DNA of 60,785 nucleotides, the filler included, from Sphacelaria rigidula (taxonomy: Eukaryota): assembly GCA_964200075.2 (NCBI GenBank). It is 5 parts of 5 records of this genome, joined end to end, with 100 filler letters (N's around TTAATTAATTAA, not from the genome) between each part and the next. Parts side by side here need not be neighbours in the genome. Positions count along the whole stretch, not along the records: positions 1 to 12,077 come from CAXNAA020004150.1; positions 12,178 to 24,254 come from CAXNAA020004151.1; 3 more parts are not named here. The stretch is one strand, 5' to 3'. A program made the position numbers and the translations under genes. Under the pieces are notes generated by a model. It was given only the letters and a program-made list of their open reading frames with translations, was not told where the DNA came from and ran no database searches. Of this stretch, positions 1 through 13,401 are shown piece after piece. How positions within the stretch are numbered: the stretch's first letter is position 1; the number at the start of each line of letters is the position of its first letter.

Positions 1-1133
1 CCTCCACACAGAGGGGGTCCCCCGGGGGGTCGCTAATGCACCATGGTATACCCTACTTTGACGTTTGCCCTTTTTTTTTTTACCTTTGATGAGTTGTCCA
101 CGATTTTGTACCGAAAAAATGTTCCGGATTTTCGATCACCAATAACTCATGAGGGGGGGGGGACGAGCAAATGCCGGGGAAACGGCAGGGGCTTCGCACA
201 TATCTCATGTACATGTGTCGAAATTTCGTGGAAAACGACTCAAAATTGACCAGCACAACCGCGCTTTTCTGTTGAGAACCGGGTGACTTGCTTTTAGACT
301 ACAACCTCAGCCGGAACTTTGAAGTTCTCTACAAAATTTCTTCACCCGCTGCTTGCCGGTTCGCACACTACTACCAGACATCTTGTTGCGCTGGAGGCCT
401 CGTCTGCGTGCCATCTCAGACACTGCGCGCCTACAGTACGGCATGCATTGTTTTGCAACCACAACTTGTGTAGCACCATCACTTCGTGGCCGCGGCACAG
501 CTGACTGTAACCGAAAATGCGATTTCAGCCGTTTTTTTCCCCTTAATTCCGCCGTACATGTCACCCTCAAATCCCTACACTTCGCAGCTGACTACAGTTT
601 GGTATTTTGTTCGATGGGAACTTATCGGATCGCAGTGCTACGTGAAGTGGAAGACGCGCGTTGATTTGCAGATGACTACGATGTGTCATCGTAGGCATAA
701 CTCGCAATGCATCGCCAGTGAGAACCGGCTGAAGGAAAGTCCGTTTCTTCGGCGGCCCAGCCTGTATCGTTGCGAGATCTCACAACAATCTGGGCTCGAA
801 ATTACCGGTACTTTCGGACCCCCTGCATCTGGGGCAGGGTCGTCAAAAAGGCGATTAGTACTGTCTTTATGCTTACAGCTTGGACTTTAGTGCCGGCGTT
901 GCGGCGTCGTTTGGGTGCACAAATCAATGCGCTGCGTGAAGGAAACTCAGCCCGCGTATGCCGCGTATTGCCAACGTTGAGTTCGTTCAGACGAAACCTA
1001 GTCTGGCTCAAAACGGCGTTGCTGTTGTCGAAAAATGAAGAACGTGAGGCATGTCACGTTGGCCGCCGTGGCGTCAGCACCATGCGGCATTGTTCCATGT
1101 ACGGTTGCAATCGTTTTCGGGGCATAAGTCACG

Positions 1134-1135
<2 letters not shown>

Positions 1136-1168
<33 letters not shown>

Positions 1169-1212
1169 TCGTCCCATCTATTCTGGACGCCGGTCTACAC
1201 CTTTCGGTATCG
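1136..1212 (-). repeat. (GT)n microsatellite plus attached dispersed-repeat fragment
   Basis: About 15 GT units followed by TTGTCGTCCCATCTATTCTGGACGCCGGTCTACACC, shared with 58620-58670. Confidence 0.75.
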
Positions 1213-1955
1213 GTGGTCGTTCCAGCCACTCTGGCTTCGGCCAGGGTGTTGTCGTCCTTGTGTTTTCAAACAGCGCTTAGTCACACACATCGAACACACA
1301 GACGCAAGTTTTGCAACCAAGGAAGTTTTCTCTTGTCACCGTCTGTGCGCATCGATGGTACGGTTAGATATCTCACGACCATTCCACCAGAACCGTATAC
1401 AAGGGACTCAGATGATCTCGGTATATATATATATATATGTATATATATCATGTATTCATTTTCACCCGAATCACCTGAACTCAGGTCATCGGGAAGAAAA
1501 AAATCTAGATGACCGCGCATACGAGGCCACCTCAAGAAATGTCCGTAAACAATGGTTAATACTATGGAGATGCCGCCAACCCTAACGCTAACCCTAACCC
1601 GAACCCATGACGAAGGCATACCGAGAAACCTCGGGCAGTAGGGATGCAGAGTGTTTTCTAAGCAAAGGGTGCGTTGCCAGAGCTCAAATCGACGCCGCAG
1701 TCGCCGATTTCGGACCAAAACACGTTCTGGACGAGCTCGGTCTTCTGCTCACCACCGCTCACCTTCCTCAAACCATAAGTTTTCTCAGAACTTTCTTCAG
1801 TCTGAAACCAAGTAGAATCGAGTACCAGCCGTTGTTTACGGACATTTCTTTAGGTCTACTGGAGGCTATACGAGCCGGTCCGAAGCCGCCTCTTATGCCG
1901 GGGTGATCTGGGTCAAGGAAGACTCTGCTACCCTCTTTTCCATCTGTTTCTGCAG

Positions 1956-3088
1956 GCAAGACGACACCAGCCATGGGAAGAGGCAGACGACGACGCGGTG
2001 TTTGCGGCCGCTGTGTTGGGCGAGCTGCACGACACCGTGAAGGCCGTTGGCACCGTATTCCGCGTTGTAGGGGACACGGCTGGGGCGCTGACCGGGGGAA
2101 GCATCAAAGCGGTCGGGGCTATGGTGAATGTGAGACGGCTGTGCTGGCTAAAATTGGACTACTTTTCGTTGATGGAATAATGTGCTCGTGTTGCTTGCTA
2201 TACAGCCGTATCGCGGGCTCCACCGAGCTCTCAGAGATTCGCCCGAGACTTGTAGATGGAGACCATGCTGGTCCGTACGTGCAAGGCGCTGCGTGGGTTC
2301 AAGAGGTCGAGGTAAGAATGCTCCCGCCAACTGTATCGTTTCTCTGGGCTCTTCTGTCTCGCACTCGCCTCTGTCCTCACCTACTGCTGCCATGTTTGCG
2401 GCCATCACTCCTCTGCTACCGGCACGTCGCAGGGTGTGTCGTCAGTATTGGACGAGGCCAGCCGACGCGTTGACTCAAAGCCTAAGGCAAACGACATTTC
2501 TCCAGTCGAAAACCAAGATCAGTACTCTGCGGCCGCCTCGACCACCACCTCCCGCCAACACGATCGCTCGAGTTATCAGTATGACGGCAAATCTCCCTCG
2601 GCGGCGCTCGGCAGTGCCGCTGGTGACACTAACGGCAACGAAGAAAAAGTGGCGCAATCACACGGCATTTCGTCTGACTCCGGCAAAGAGAAAGCTGCGA
2701 AAGGAAGCGCCAAGGGGGCAGGCTCGACGGAAAACCCTGATCCCATTAATCGGGTAGAAACCGTCGTGCGGACCTCCGTCGCGGGCTCGCTCAGGCTTAT
2801 GGGCGCCGCCGTGAAAGGTGTGGGAGAGGCCGTGTTCCAGGCCGGTGCCGTGGCGGAGGGACTTGCGGGCGGGACTGGAATGGTTGCAGGTAACTATTCG
2901 TCGAACGGAATGATTGGTTGGCTGACTGATGCATTTGTTGATTGTTGCATGTTGAGTGACAATATGTTTTCGAATTACGTCGGCGGAAGTTCATGGGCAA
3001 TTTAAATTAATTTGTCGAAAAGTTGAACGGTGATCTTTTCTTCTTCGTGGGCGGGCATGCAGCGCTGTACAAATGTAGTACAACGGCA

Positions 3089-3120
<32 letters not shown>

Positions 3121-6100
3121 GTATATTGTTCTCAACGTACCCCTCGAACCTCCTTCACGGCGCTGTCTGGATCTCGTGGATCTCGCTGCGTCCGTGTGCC
3201 CTCACCAATGTGTACCAAGAGGACCTGGTGCGGGTGGTACAAGGGGCCCTGTATATCGCAAGGGACGACATAAAAACCTTGAGCAAGGTTCCTGATAGAG
3301 AAGCTGCGGGTAGCGGCCACGAAAATAGTAAGCTTAGCCGGAAAAAGCTCGACGGTGATCGGACGCTGGCGTCGACGTCGCTGTCGTCAGAGGGAAATAT
3401 AGAAGGTCACCCGGACGATAAACGCGGAATAGTGAGTACGGCGTTGTCGTTACTTGCAGCTACTTTGGACGCCGCGAAAAGTGTGTGGCAGGTTGCGTGC
3501 GCGCTGATGTGCCTGATGGGGGGAGCCGCCCTGCGAGAAGCCGTACAGCTGTTTCGGCATAGGGAAGGGGGCGCGCCTCCTGTGGCACCCCGGTTTGCGG
3601 TCTTGCTAACGCTGGCGCTAGGATTTTTCAACCGCCGCCGTCTTCGCAAGCCATCAAGACCGCCAGCGTCTCCCGCGGCAGAGACGACGTCAGCCGCGGG
3701 AACCCCACGGTTGTCGTCACCACATCACCAACTGCAAGCACCGGCAGGAGGACTGAGACTCGCTCCGGCGCTGTCTCCATCCGGACTTGATGGAAACAAT
3801 CGAAACCACCCACTAGCGCTGGCTGCATCGCCTACAACAGTGGCGGCTGTGGCGACAGGCTTGTCGTCGCCCTCACAGTCGTTGTTGTTGGGGTCACCGG
3901 GGCCCTTGCATGGCACGACGCTGGCGCCGCCGCGGCCGGCGACCGCTTCACCACCTCGTGGACCTTTACAGATGGTTGTATCGTCATCCGCAGCAGCACG
4001 CTTGACGGACTACAGTGCTGGGGTGGACCCTTCCCTCCCGTCTCCGGCGCAGCAGGCGCGAGGAAGATCGCTGCTCCTGCTTAGAGGGCCAGATGCTGGG
4101 CGGGAGCAAGAGAGGAATGGTGCGGCGGGGGTGGCCGGAATGGAAGGGGGTGAGGATGCGTTGGCGGCTAGAGCGACAGGTGTGGGAGAGGCGACGACCG
4201 CGGCGCCGAAGAGTTCTTCTTGGTGGCGGCCGTGGACATGGCAGTTATTGCGGAAATTCAAAACCACCTCGGTGAGGGCGCAGGATGGAGGCAGAGGAGC
4301 TCGGTTTCGTTGGGTTTGGCTCGTGCTTCTGTGGTTTGTGGCGTCCGTGCTTGAGGTGAGAAATATGGTGCACGGCTTGTTGACATAGTTCGCGTGTACG
4401 AGTGAGTGTATGCATTCATCGATGCCGTGGTTTATTTTTTGTGGCCTGAACTTTCTCCGGCAGAATCGTCATTGTTCGTTTTGGGGTTGGGGCAGACGCC
4501 TCGTATATCGTGCGGTTAACCGCCGATTCGCTTCCCACTGAACACCACAATTCTGTGTGCCCATCATAGGAGAGGGAGCGCGACCGTGTGGCTTGGCTGG
4601 CATGGGATGAAGGTTTCCGGAAGGGGCAGGCGTCGCGTGTATTCGATTCTTCTGCCGATTCGGAGACCACGGCTTGGCTGAATCACCTTATGGGGAGTTT
4701 GTGGGGAGATGGCGCGACTGTGGAGGTGGTCGGGCGGCGAAGCAGCAATAGGACGGGTGGCGGATTGAGCTCTTACTTTTCTGAGTGAGCTGTCTTTGCT
4801 GAGCGCTAGAATTATATAGAGCATGTAAGAGAACACGTATACTATATTTTAAGCTGCACAGATTCGCTGGGCCATTGTCTCCTGCACATCGCAGATGTGC
4901 TTGCGTGTGAGATCTTGAGGATTGAGGTGGCGCGGCGCCCGCCACCGGTTGTCCTTAATCCCATCTCGGCCAACACCCGTTACCCGGTTCTGTGCAGGGA
5001 TGGCAATGAAGACAGATCTCGATAGTACAACAGCGTTGACATTTCTAACGGTCGGCATGATGTCTCCATCTCAAAAGTTACCGTCGCGCAGCCGCTACCC
5101 TTTCCTTTCACTGATCTTCCCGCCCTCATACTCCCCCTCATCCCTCTTTCTGACGCCTACCACCCGGCAGATCAATGGCCAATGGTGTACTTGAGGCGTT
5201 GGAAGAGTTTAAGCCAACCAGCGTGGTTGGAGTGGAACTGCAGGAGGTGAACCTCGGTTCGGTTGCTCCGCAGATCCTCGGCGTTGCGGTAAGATTTATC
5301 GTGTGCTACCGCATAATTCAGGGACTCGAGAGTCGTGGAGTTTTCGGTGGCAGTAGGTGTGTTGATAGCATGTGCAGAAGCGGAGAGAGGTGTGCACATG
5401 ACATAAGCGAGAGTACGGGAGATTGTTTCAACACACTTGTAGCCTGTTTTCACCTCGTCAGTGGAAGTCAGGATTTCTTGCCTGCTTTGAGATTCAAAGG
5501 CTTGACTGCAATCACACACCCACCCACCATTCCATCCCCCCCCCTCCCCCCTCCCTCCCTCCCTTCCTTCCCCCCCCCCGCCCGCCACGCCACCCTTTCC
5601 CCCCCACGTCCAAAGATGCTTGACCCGGCGTCTCCCTATTCGCCTGGAGGTGGTTATATCAGCAACGAACGTCAAAACGCGAAGAAGTTTGTGTCGCTTC
5701 GGGTTGACCTGGAGCTGGCGACGCGAGATCTGAGGGTGGGCGTTGGAGTGAAACTTTCCAACCTTGAGAAGGCGTTGCTGCCGACTGGAAATATCAGACT
5801 TCTAGAGGTGTACTTTCGAGCCAACGTTTCGGTTCGGTTGGAGGTTCGGGATGAGTACCCATACGTCGGTTCGGTGAGTCTTGCGTGTGTTGTTGCTGCT
5901 TTTGTTGTCGTCGTTCTGGTACCGGTCCTGGCGTTCCTTGTATTTTGCTAGTACAGTACATTTTTCACGCTTGCAAGATATAACACGAAAGCATGTCCTT
6001 TGCGAAACTTACACTTCAACAAAACAGTTGGACCCGAACATTTCCCGTCTTTCCATCCGCGCGAATATCCGGGCGAAGAAACATGAATACGATGTACAAC

Positions 6101-8473
6101 TGACACTCGGAAATTCTCAAGCCGACAGCCCCTCTTGGCCACAACGCGGTGCACGTGTGCAGGTGCTGGTGGCGTTCGACGGTATTCCGGAGGTCCGCGT
6201 GCGGATGGAGCAATGGGGGCTTGATGCCTTGACGCTGGGCTCTGTGGACGAGTGGGTGCGGATTGGAGTGCGACAAGCAATGAGACCGTATGTGCTACCG
6301 GGGTGAGTATTGAGATAGAACCGGTCACACACATGAGTACGGTTCCGTACAGGCTGTTGTTCCCCCGCTACTCGGGACAAGAAATAGTGTCTCCAGGGCA
6401 CATGGCACGAGCATGAGCTCAAAAGCAGCACAACGAGCAGGATCCATGTCGTTGCACCAGTAATCCTTGTTGCACCGCACACGCTGCTCAGACATTCGCC
6501 CAATTTGAGGTTTTGAAGCTCATTGATGAACAAATGAACTGTTTCGCCCCCCCCCCCCCCCGCCCCCCGCCCACACCTCCCGAACCACGCCTCGCCACCC
6601 CATCCGCNNNNNNNNNNTTCCGCCCCCCCCCCCCCCCCCCCCGCCGAAAAATAAATCGGGAGAAGAAATCGATTCCGCTGCTATCGTACCAGTTTCGGGG
6701 AGTGCACCGCACCGTGTCCTGTGCTCACTTGTCGTCATTGACGCAACTCGAGATTTTCAAGTTTGTTTATAAATAAAAACAAGATGGGCAGTTTCGCCCC
6801 CCGGTAAAGCAGAGTTGCTTCCGTACATATTTTTTCCGCTGCCGTCAAGGCGTGACTCTGCGTGTCACGAACTACGGACCACGTGTGGCCCGTACAGCGT
6901 CCCATCACACACCGCACGACTGTGGCTGGGCGTAGACCCTTCCAGCCGATCGATAACGTCGTGAAATGGTTGATCCAGTTCAAGAAGGAAGTAAACCGAG
7001 AGCGGTGTAAAAATTCTTGCCGGGACAAACGGGGGTTGGCCTTACATCACTGCGCACGCCGAGGGCAGCGTGCCGCGAGACTGCACCGTTTCCGTTCGAC
7101 ATAGCGGTTGAGGGGTTGACTGCAGCGTGGTAGTGCGGAGACTCCGGCGAGAAGAGTAATGAGCTCCATCCTGCTTAGATTGCTCGGCCGGAAGCGTACT
7201 GATTATCTTGCACATTGATGACAGCCCACAATGAGTTACTTCATACTCTGGTATCGGCACTTTCACAGACACAGCCACGGGTTGCACACTACCTCATGGG
7301 TAACTCACCGTTTCAACACTACAATATAGTAAGACCATCCCGTTTGCGCGGAGTTCAGGTTTTCCACCCCGCACAATATGATCTAGTTCGACCACCACCA
7401 TGACTATCGCGAAGAAACGCAAGCGGGAAAAAATGGTCACCTGGTTGCCTAGCTTATGCAGTAGGTTGCGTGTTTTACATCGTCGTTGCCAATCGACGCC
7501 AACCCTCAACTTCGGGGGTGGGAGGGGGGCGGCACTCTGGTGGGGACCCTTGTCTTCTTCAATCGGTATGGTACAGCACAGCAAGGCCAACGCGCATTCG
7601 AATCGCTATGCTAGACTGTCTTGTCTTCATCACGCGGCTCCATCGACCATGCTACTGTCTGCACTCCGGTACTTCACCGCCCGTATATGCACACGGAATA
7701 ACACTCGCAGATTCCTGGAGATTGATGCAACGGAGCACCTTTGCCCGGAATGTGCAATACGATCAGCAACATCGGTCGCGGGCAACAGCAAGACTGGCCG
7801 CCGCGGTGGACCCATTGTCAGCCCCCTTCTCCAACGGTCATCGTCGGCAGCCTCCATGCTGTCCAACGGCCCTTCGCCGGTCATGTCTAAAGTGTCGGAT
7901 ATTACAGCTGCCGCGCCAGTACCCACCGGCGAACCCGAGCCCCTTCGACGGGCGCCGCCAGCGGCGGCGGTCGCCGCGAAGGCAGTCGCTTCGGCCGTGG
8001 CGTCTGCGTCGTATTTCCCGGAACCGAAAACGGAAAACGTCGTCCGCAGTGGTAAACCACTTCGTGGTGGTTCGGGAACTGCGAAAGGTGATGGTAGGCT
8101 CGCAACACAGGGTAAGGGTAGGGGCGGCGCCGGGGGCAATGGGTTGCGATGGTTTGGGGCAGGAAAGCGGCCGGCGTCAGGTGGCCCTGCGTGTGAACCG
8201 TCGGTGCTGGATAGTGGGGTACGAAGCACCGGAGAAGAAGCCCTGGCGAGTCCTCCGTGTACCAGTGAGGCGGGCGACGGTAGCTCGCTCGAATCGGGCT
8301 GTCAAGCGAAGGAGCGAGAGCCGCAGCGGGTCATCGGGCGTGCCGCGGAAATGTCGCATATTCACGAGAATCGGGGTGGTATGGGTGGAGCTTTGCACTG
8401 GATTAAAGAGCGTTTGAGCAATAGGATCGGAGGCGGCGGTGAAGGCGGTAAGAGACGCAGGGGCAAGGAGTAA
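1956..8473 (+). CDS. SMP (synaptotagmin-like mitochondrial lipid-binding protein)/TULIP-domain membrane protein; multi-exon, 5' end not identified
   Basis: Phase-consistent GT-AG exons 1956-2129, 2433-2889, 3220-4355, 4570-4784, 5171-5288, 5616-5873, 6163-6302, 7711-8473 (3261 nt, ends TAA, about 1086 aa). SMP hallmarks: ETTAWLNHLMGSLW, VELQEVNLGSVAPQILGV, VRLEVRDEYPYVGSVLVAFDGIPEVRVRM and WVRIGVRQAMRPYVLPG. A hydrophobic segment (WVWLVLLWFVASVL) precedes them. No C2 domain is seen after the SMP. Start exon unresolved. Confidence 0.8.
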
Positions 8474-9052
8474 ACATGCGAGACGGTTTAGACTGTTGAA
8501 AACGTAGGAAAAGCTTGTGTTTTGGTTGGTGTGCTCCACGTGGTGTGTTGCACTTGCTGTTACCACTTGGATGTCAGTGACTTAAGCTATCACTTGTTTC
8601 GCAGAGTTGAGGGGAAAGCGAAGCGTTTGTTCTGTTCTGTGTAGGTGGGTGTCGTTGCTGAAGGGCATAACTTCGGTGGTGAAATGTGCTGTAGCGTATT
8701 GAATGTTCGTTCGGTCGTGCTGTCATAGATGCTTTTCATTGGCTATGAATGTGTGTGGCAAGTGAGGTACACCAAGCCCGCGCTCCGTTAGCGGGATTGA
8801 GGGTAAATGGGAGGCGCTCTTTTAGCGACGTGTGTGTGTGTTTTCGATTGTAGCAGCCGATCGGACGGTCGTTGGTATCGAATCAGACGGCTGTGTTGGT
8901 GTCTGTACTTTGTACCTGGTATGAGGGGGCATGAAGACGCGCCAGCAAGATCATCACTTTAGTTGTAACCACCAGCAATATTTACCGTTATGTACGCCAT
9001 CTGATTGCCGGTATTTGCGCTTGATTCGGGTAGATGCACTTGGGATATGAAT

Positions 9053-9610
9053 TGTGTATCACGTTCTACGCGGCGTGAAAAACAGGCCGCAAAGTAAACA
9101 TACAGGGATAAGCCCTACCCAGTTTTCCTATTAGCAGGTATTTATAGTAGCAGCCGAGGGGTGTTACCACCCACGCACGCAGCCCAATAATCGCTGTCAA
9201 CCCAAGAGCCGCCCTCCAGTGTAGTGACTTTGTAGTCGCCGGCAACGCCATCTGCTTGTCGTTATTTGCGCTATAGTAAGTTGAAGTAGATACATTCAAC
9301 CCGTTTGGATCTTATTGACGATTTTCATTTTTGTGAATCGGCATAATTTTGACTTGTCATTTTCAATTATGCTGATTCACAAAAACAAAAATCGTCAATG
9401 GGTTCCAAAAGGGTTGAGGTATCAAAGTGTCGAGTTTTGTGTATCACGTCCTCCGCGGCGTGACGAAACAGGCCATGGAGAGAAGGGGATAAGTACCGCC
9501 CAGCTTTTCTGTTCGCGGATATTTTACGGTGTCAGCGAGGGGCGTACCGTCCACCTAAGCACTCCAGTAATTGCTGTCAATGCGAAACCGCCGTTTACTC
9601 TAGTAATCTC
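9053..9610 (+). repeat. Diverged direct repeat pair (about 9053-9230 and 9437-9610)
   Basis: Both start TGTGTATCACGT..CGCGGCGTGA..AAACAGGCC and share GGGATAAG, GAGGGG and AAT.GCTGTCAA blocks. Confidence 0.65.
9300..9413. mobile_element. Foldback TTAA-type (piggyBac-like) MITE, about 115 bp
   Basis: Near-complete hairpin with CCC...GGG termini flanked by TCAA/TTGA; homologous copy at 34316-34442. Confidence 0.7.
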
Positions 9611-11108
9611 ACGACGGCACAGTGTAGATGAACTATGACTTCACCCACTGCAGTTCAGTGTGCTGGGGCACAGAGTAGCGCACAACTCGCTTACTTTTGA
9701 GGCTCGTGCGTACGAGCTCACCGTAGTCGCACTGGTGAGGCTTGTTCGCCAAGTAGATGAGGTGTTGCTGCTATTTGAGACGTTCTGGGCAACAAAGGAT
9801 CGCAGCGAAGCAACCTCCTTCGTAGGTTTTCTAAGCGAGCTACAATGTTTTATAACTCTGAAAAGTCAAGCACGTTCTTGGAAAGCAGGACAAGTTGTGA
9901 CAGTCAAGTTGCTCGTTGCGATGTGATGTAGCAGTCCGCAGTGAGACCGGCTCAAAGGCAGGGTCAATTTCCGCACATCGTATACGTGAAAAGTGACGCA
10001 CCTGTCTCGACAACCTGACTTGAAGACAGAGAAAGCTCATGGGGTTTTCGTGTGGTTGTTACCCCTGTTTCATGCAGTGTTGTTCCTTTCCAACATTATA
10101 GAGGCATTGTACTGAACTTATAATTTATCATCCGCGGCGTCAAATGGAGACGGTCATACTCTAAGGCCTAAAATATGGTGAGACCAGAGGGGCAGAAGTC
10201 CTTGAAAGAGAGGTCTCCACAACACAGATACATGGCGCTACAGACCAGCTTTCGCGCGTTTGACAGCCGGATGGGAAATGATGCATATCACCACGAATAT
10301 GGAAGGCGTTTATAGCACGATATGTATCCGCGCACGGCGATACCCGATGAAGTTGACACTGTGTGTTCCTAGTGCCAGTACACAAGTACTGTGGTACTGG
10401 CCGTACGATACTAGCCACGACTATACTGGGCTAGAATGCCCGCGATCCATTCCTTAAAATAATCAAATTGCAGCTCATACTCTGTCCTATTCTGGAACCA
10501 AGTGAAAACTGTGCACAACGGCGATCACGCGCCTGCCAGAGCAAGGTAAATATCTTCACGTGGGAGCACACCACCAAAGAAAATCTGATTCTGATTGAAG
10601 AAAACCACAGCAACTGCCTCTGTCATTTTCAGCCCGTCGTCGTGGTGACGCCCACGCCAAGTCTGGCACTGTGAGGGACATGTTGCCCCCTGCCCGAGCA
10701 GGTCCGCAGTGGCCCTTGACAGAAGACACTAATCTCCCTGGCTGCGTTGTGCGGCCGCGTCTTGCTCGGCACGACGTATAAAACTCAGGGGCATCTGCCT
10801 CCAACATATAGAGAACCTTAACTGGTGGTTATTTCCGGGCTTGGTGCCAGCCTCGACCAACACGGAGCCGATGTAAACAACAAAGATGGCCATCTACTCC
10901 TGACTCTGCGCGGATTTCATATCGTTATCCTCAAGAATTGTCATCAGGAAGGGTTCTGGGTTTCGGAATCACTGCAGCATCGTGAACAATTATCCTTTCA
11001 AGCCACGCAGCGCATAAAACGCCCTGTCTCCGATATTGCTGCGTCAACACCCACCTGCGGCTTCTGTCCACACATGTCAAGTTCCAGTATCATCTGACGC
11101 TAATCTCC

Positions 11109-11148
11109 AAAAATACCGCCTCGATATTATTGAAAATGAATAACACTG
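11109..11148 (+). repeat. Short dispersed repeat block shared by three contigs
   Basis: AAATACCGCCTC.ATA..TTGAAAA.GAATAACACTG also at 23964-24003 (-) and 42538-42575 (+). Confidence 0.6.
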
Positions 11149-11973
11149 CATGTATTGGGACGAACGACTGGTCTTTATGCCTGATTTTATAGGGTACAAA
11201 GGGCATGGGCGAGCCGTAAGCTGCCGCCCAGAACATCGAACTGCGCGCGCCGATGTGGCCACCGAGCATCATGTATCAAAGTCAGTGCTCAACTCTCAAC
11301 AAGCACGATGACTTCAGCGAGCGTATGTCGACGTGCACCATACTTACCTCTCTTCATTCAACGGGCGGTCTTTACATCTATATCTGGACTGCAGTGCAAC
11401 GTACAATGCAACTGTTCTCACCACAGGGACAGCTTTGCTCTGAAAAAGGACAGATGACCAGTCGTTCGGGAAATATGTGCTGGCGTTCTTCGCATATCTT
11501 GGCTTCCGGATCGGGGCACATTCTTTTCTACACCTAGACCTTGATAGAACCAACGCATCAATCGTCTCGAGAGATGTACGACTGTGCGCTCCGAACATCT
11601 ACTCTTCAAGTCGAAATAAACTTCCTTGGAATTTACGTATGCACCTCCACGTGACAACCGATCGCAGAATACACCATGGTGAGCAGCAACGGAAGCAGTG
11701 CCGCGTGCGCTCAAATGACCTCTCGTCCTGACCGTAATACACTTGATTCCAACCCGGTACAAGTCGCAAACAACATAACCCGTGTGCTTTAAACCTCAAT
11801 ATATCTTTTACATCTCTACTCTCTCAGTTTTTACGGTGTTGGCCATCACGCGAGGCCCGTTAGCTGGCTCCTGCGGTCCAGCTTTCAGCGCGGCCACAGC
11901 CCGGTCGTCGTCGTACACATCCTCTCCCAATCCATACTGCGATAATATTTCATGCAAGAAACGGGTATGCGAT

Positions 11974-12070
11974 GGGGGGGGGAGGGGGGGGGGGGGGGGG
12001 GGGGGGGCTTTATTTTGTTGCTTGCTTCAGTCATTTTACCATTGACCACTCCTCCCTTTCAAAACGGAGC
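11974..12070 (-). mobile_element. Poly(C)-tailed LINE 3'-end copy (diverged, at contig end)
   Basis: Long G-run followed by TTTGTTGCTTGCTTCAGTCATTTTACCATTGACCAC..CCCTTTCAAAACGGAGC. Confidence 0.75.
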
Positions 12071-12077
12071 CCCTTTC

Positions 12078-12177
12078 NNNNNNNNNNNNNNNNNNNNNNN
12101 NNNNNNNNNNNNNNNNNNNNNTTAATTAATTAANNNNNNNNNNNNNNNNNNNNNNNNNNNNNNNNNNNNNNNNNNNN
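12078..12177. other. Artificial contig linker
   Basis: 44 N + TTAATTAATTAA (stop codons in all six frames) + 44 N. Confidence 0.97.
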
Positions 12178-12215
12178 CCAAGGCAAGCAACAAATGAGTA
12201 CGCCCCCCCCCCCCC
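12178..12215 (+). mobile_element. Poly(C)-tailed LINE 3'-end copy (cut by contig start)
   Basis: CCAAGGCAAGCAACAAATGAGTACG followed by C13. Confidence 0.75.
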
Positions 12216-12522
12216 TAATACCTCGGAACAAGGCTGCAGTAGTTTGTATCAAGGGGGATCTCAACCCATCTCTCCGCAGAATTGATTCAGACTCGAGCAG
12301 TCTTTTACATCCATCTTCTCCCTTCTCTTCAGTGTCCTTTTGACTGTTTACTGTTTTTGTGTATCACCTTGGGTACACGTTCATCTTGCCATCACAGCTG
12401 CACTCATAGTGTACACATCTATCTTGAGACCACAGCTGCATTCATAGCAAGCCAAGAGCTTGAAGAGCACGCAGGTGATCACTAACATCAAAGCACCGAT
12501 CGATTAAGTCATTCACAGGTGG

Positions 12523-13125
12523 TTAGAGTGGGTAGGTACCGACTCGGGTACTTCGGCATTTCGATACCCTGAATACCCTCGGACATCAACTTTTTTTTGC
12601 TGTCGATACTCGGGGTACCCCGAGTTACCGAGTATTTTCAGCACTAACTGCCCTGCATACCCTGGAAAACTCGGCTTTTTCGCCCGACGGTACCCTAGGT
12701 ACCCTAACACTCGGTGCATGTACTGAGTATTTCAAGTAACACGGGTATTTCAGCGGATAGGCACCCGAGGTCCCCGGAGGTATTCAGTACTCTCGGCAGT
12801 CAGTATCCCGCGTAAGCTCGAGTAACCAGTATTCCCCAGGGTCGGCACCTTATGTACCTCGGAGTACTCAATAATTCACGCCCTGGACGATATGTGGTCA
12901 GCAGTTGCAATAGACCTATACTTTACGCAGTATATTTTTTTACTTCAACTATTCACCACATGTTGTCCAGGGTGCGCAATATATCCGCGGGTCGCCATCA
13001 TGCGTACCCTGGAGTTTCCAGCATTCCCCAGAGCCGCTACCCGAGTAGCCTGGAGTAACTACAACTTCATGGAGTAGATTCACCGGGTACTCGCGAGTAC
13101 TCGATTAGTGGTTTAGGGGCCCTTG
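12523..13125. repeat. TACCC/GGGTA/TACTC motif-rich region, probable degenerate MITE-derived DNA
   Basis: Dense recurrence of GGGTAC, TACCC and GAGTA motifs in both orientations; termini could not be paired. Confidence 0.5.
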
Positions 13126-13401
13126 GTTGGGGAATACTCGCAGAGGTACGTTCCGCGAATCAAATCTTCGGGGATTTGATACTGGTTAGAGTACCACCTT
13201 GTGTATAACCCGGGAGTGTTTAATGCAGAAGCCATGAGACAAGTGATCAGCGCATTGCACGGACGTTAACACAAAATATAACTGTACACGTAGAGGTTCG
13301 TACGGGTCACTATCGCCGAGCAGGCGAAACCCGCCGCGGCCGCGGGCTCCGCTGCAGCAGAAGTGGAACTTGCATGTGCAGCGCTTGCATGTCCACTCGA
13401 C

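Noticed and set aside
770-1585. 271-aa ORF as first exon of the SMP gene
   Set aside because: Runs through (GT)n, (TA)n and a dispersed repeat. Part of it might contain the true first exon, but no start/donor pair could be supported.
2206-2311. Candidate extra exon (CAG...GAG|GTAAGA) in the SMP gene
   Set aside because: Its 106-nt length breaks the frame between the phase-0 flanking exons, and the direct 2129/2433 join reads as a continuous helix.
12122-12133. TTAATTAATTAA palindrome as a biological site
   Set aside because: Part of the artificial six-frame-stop linker repeated identically four times.
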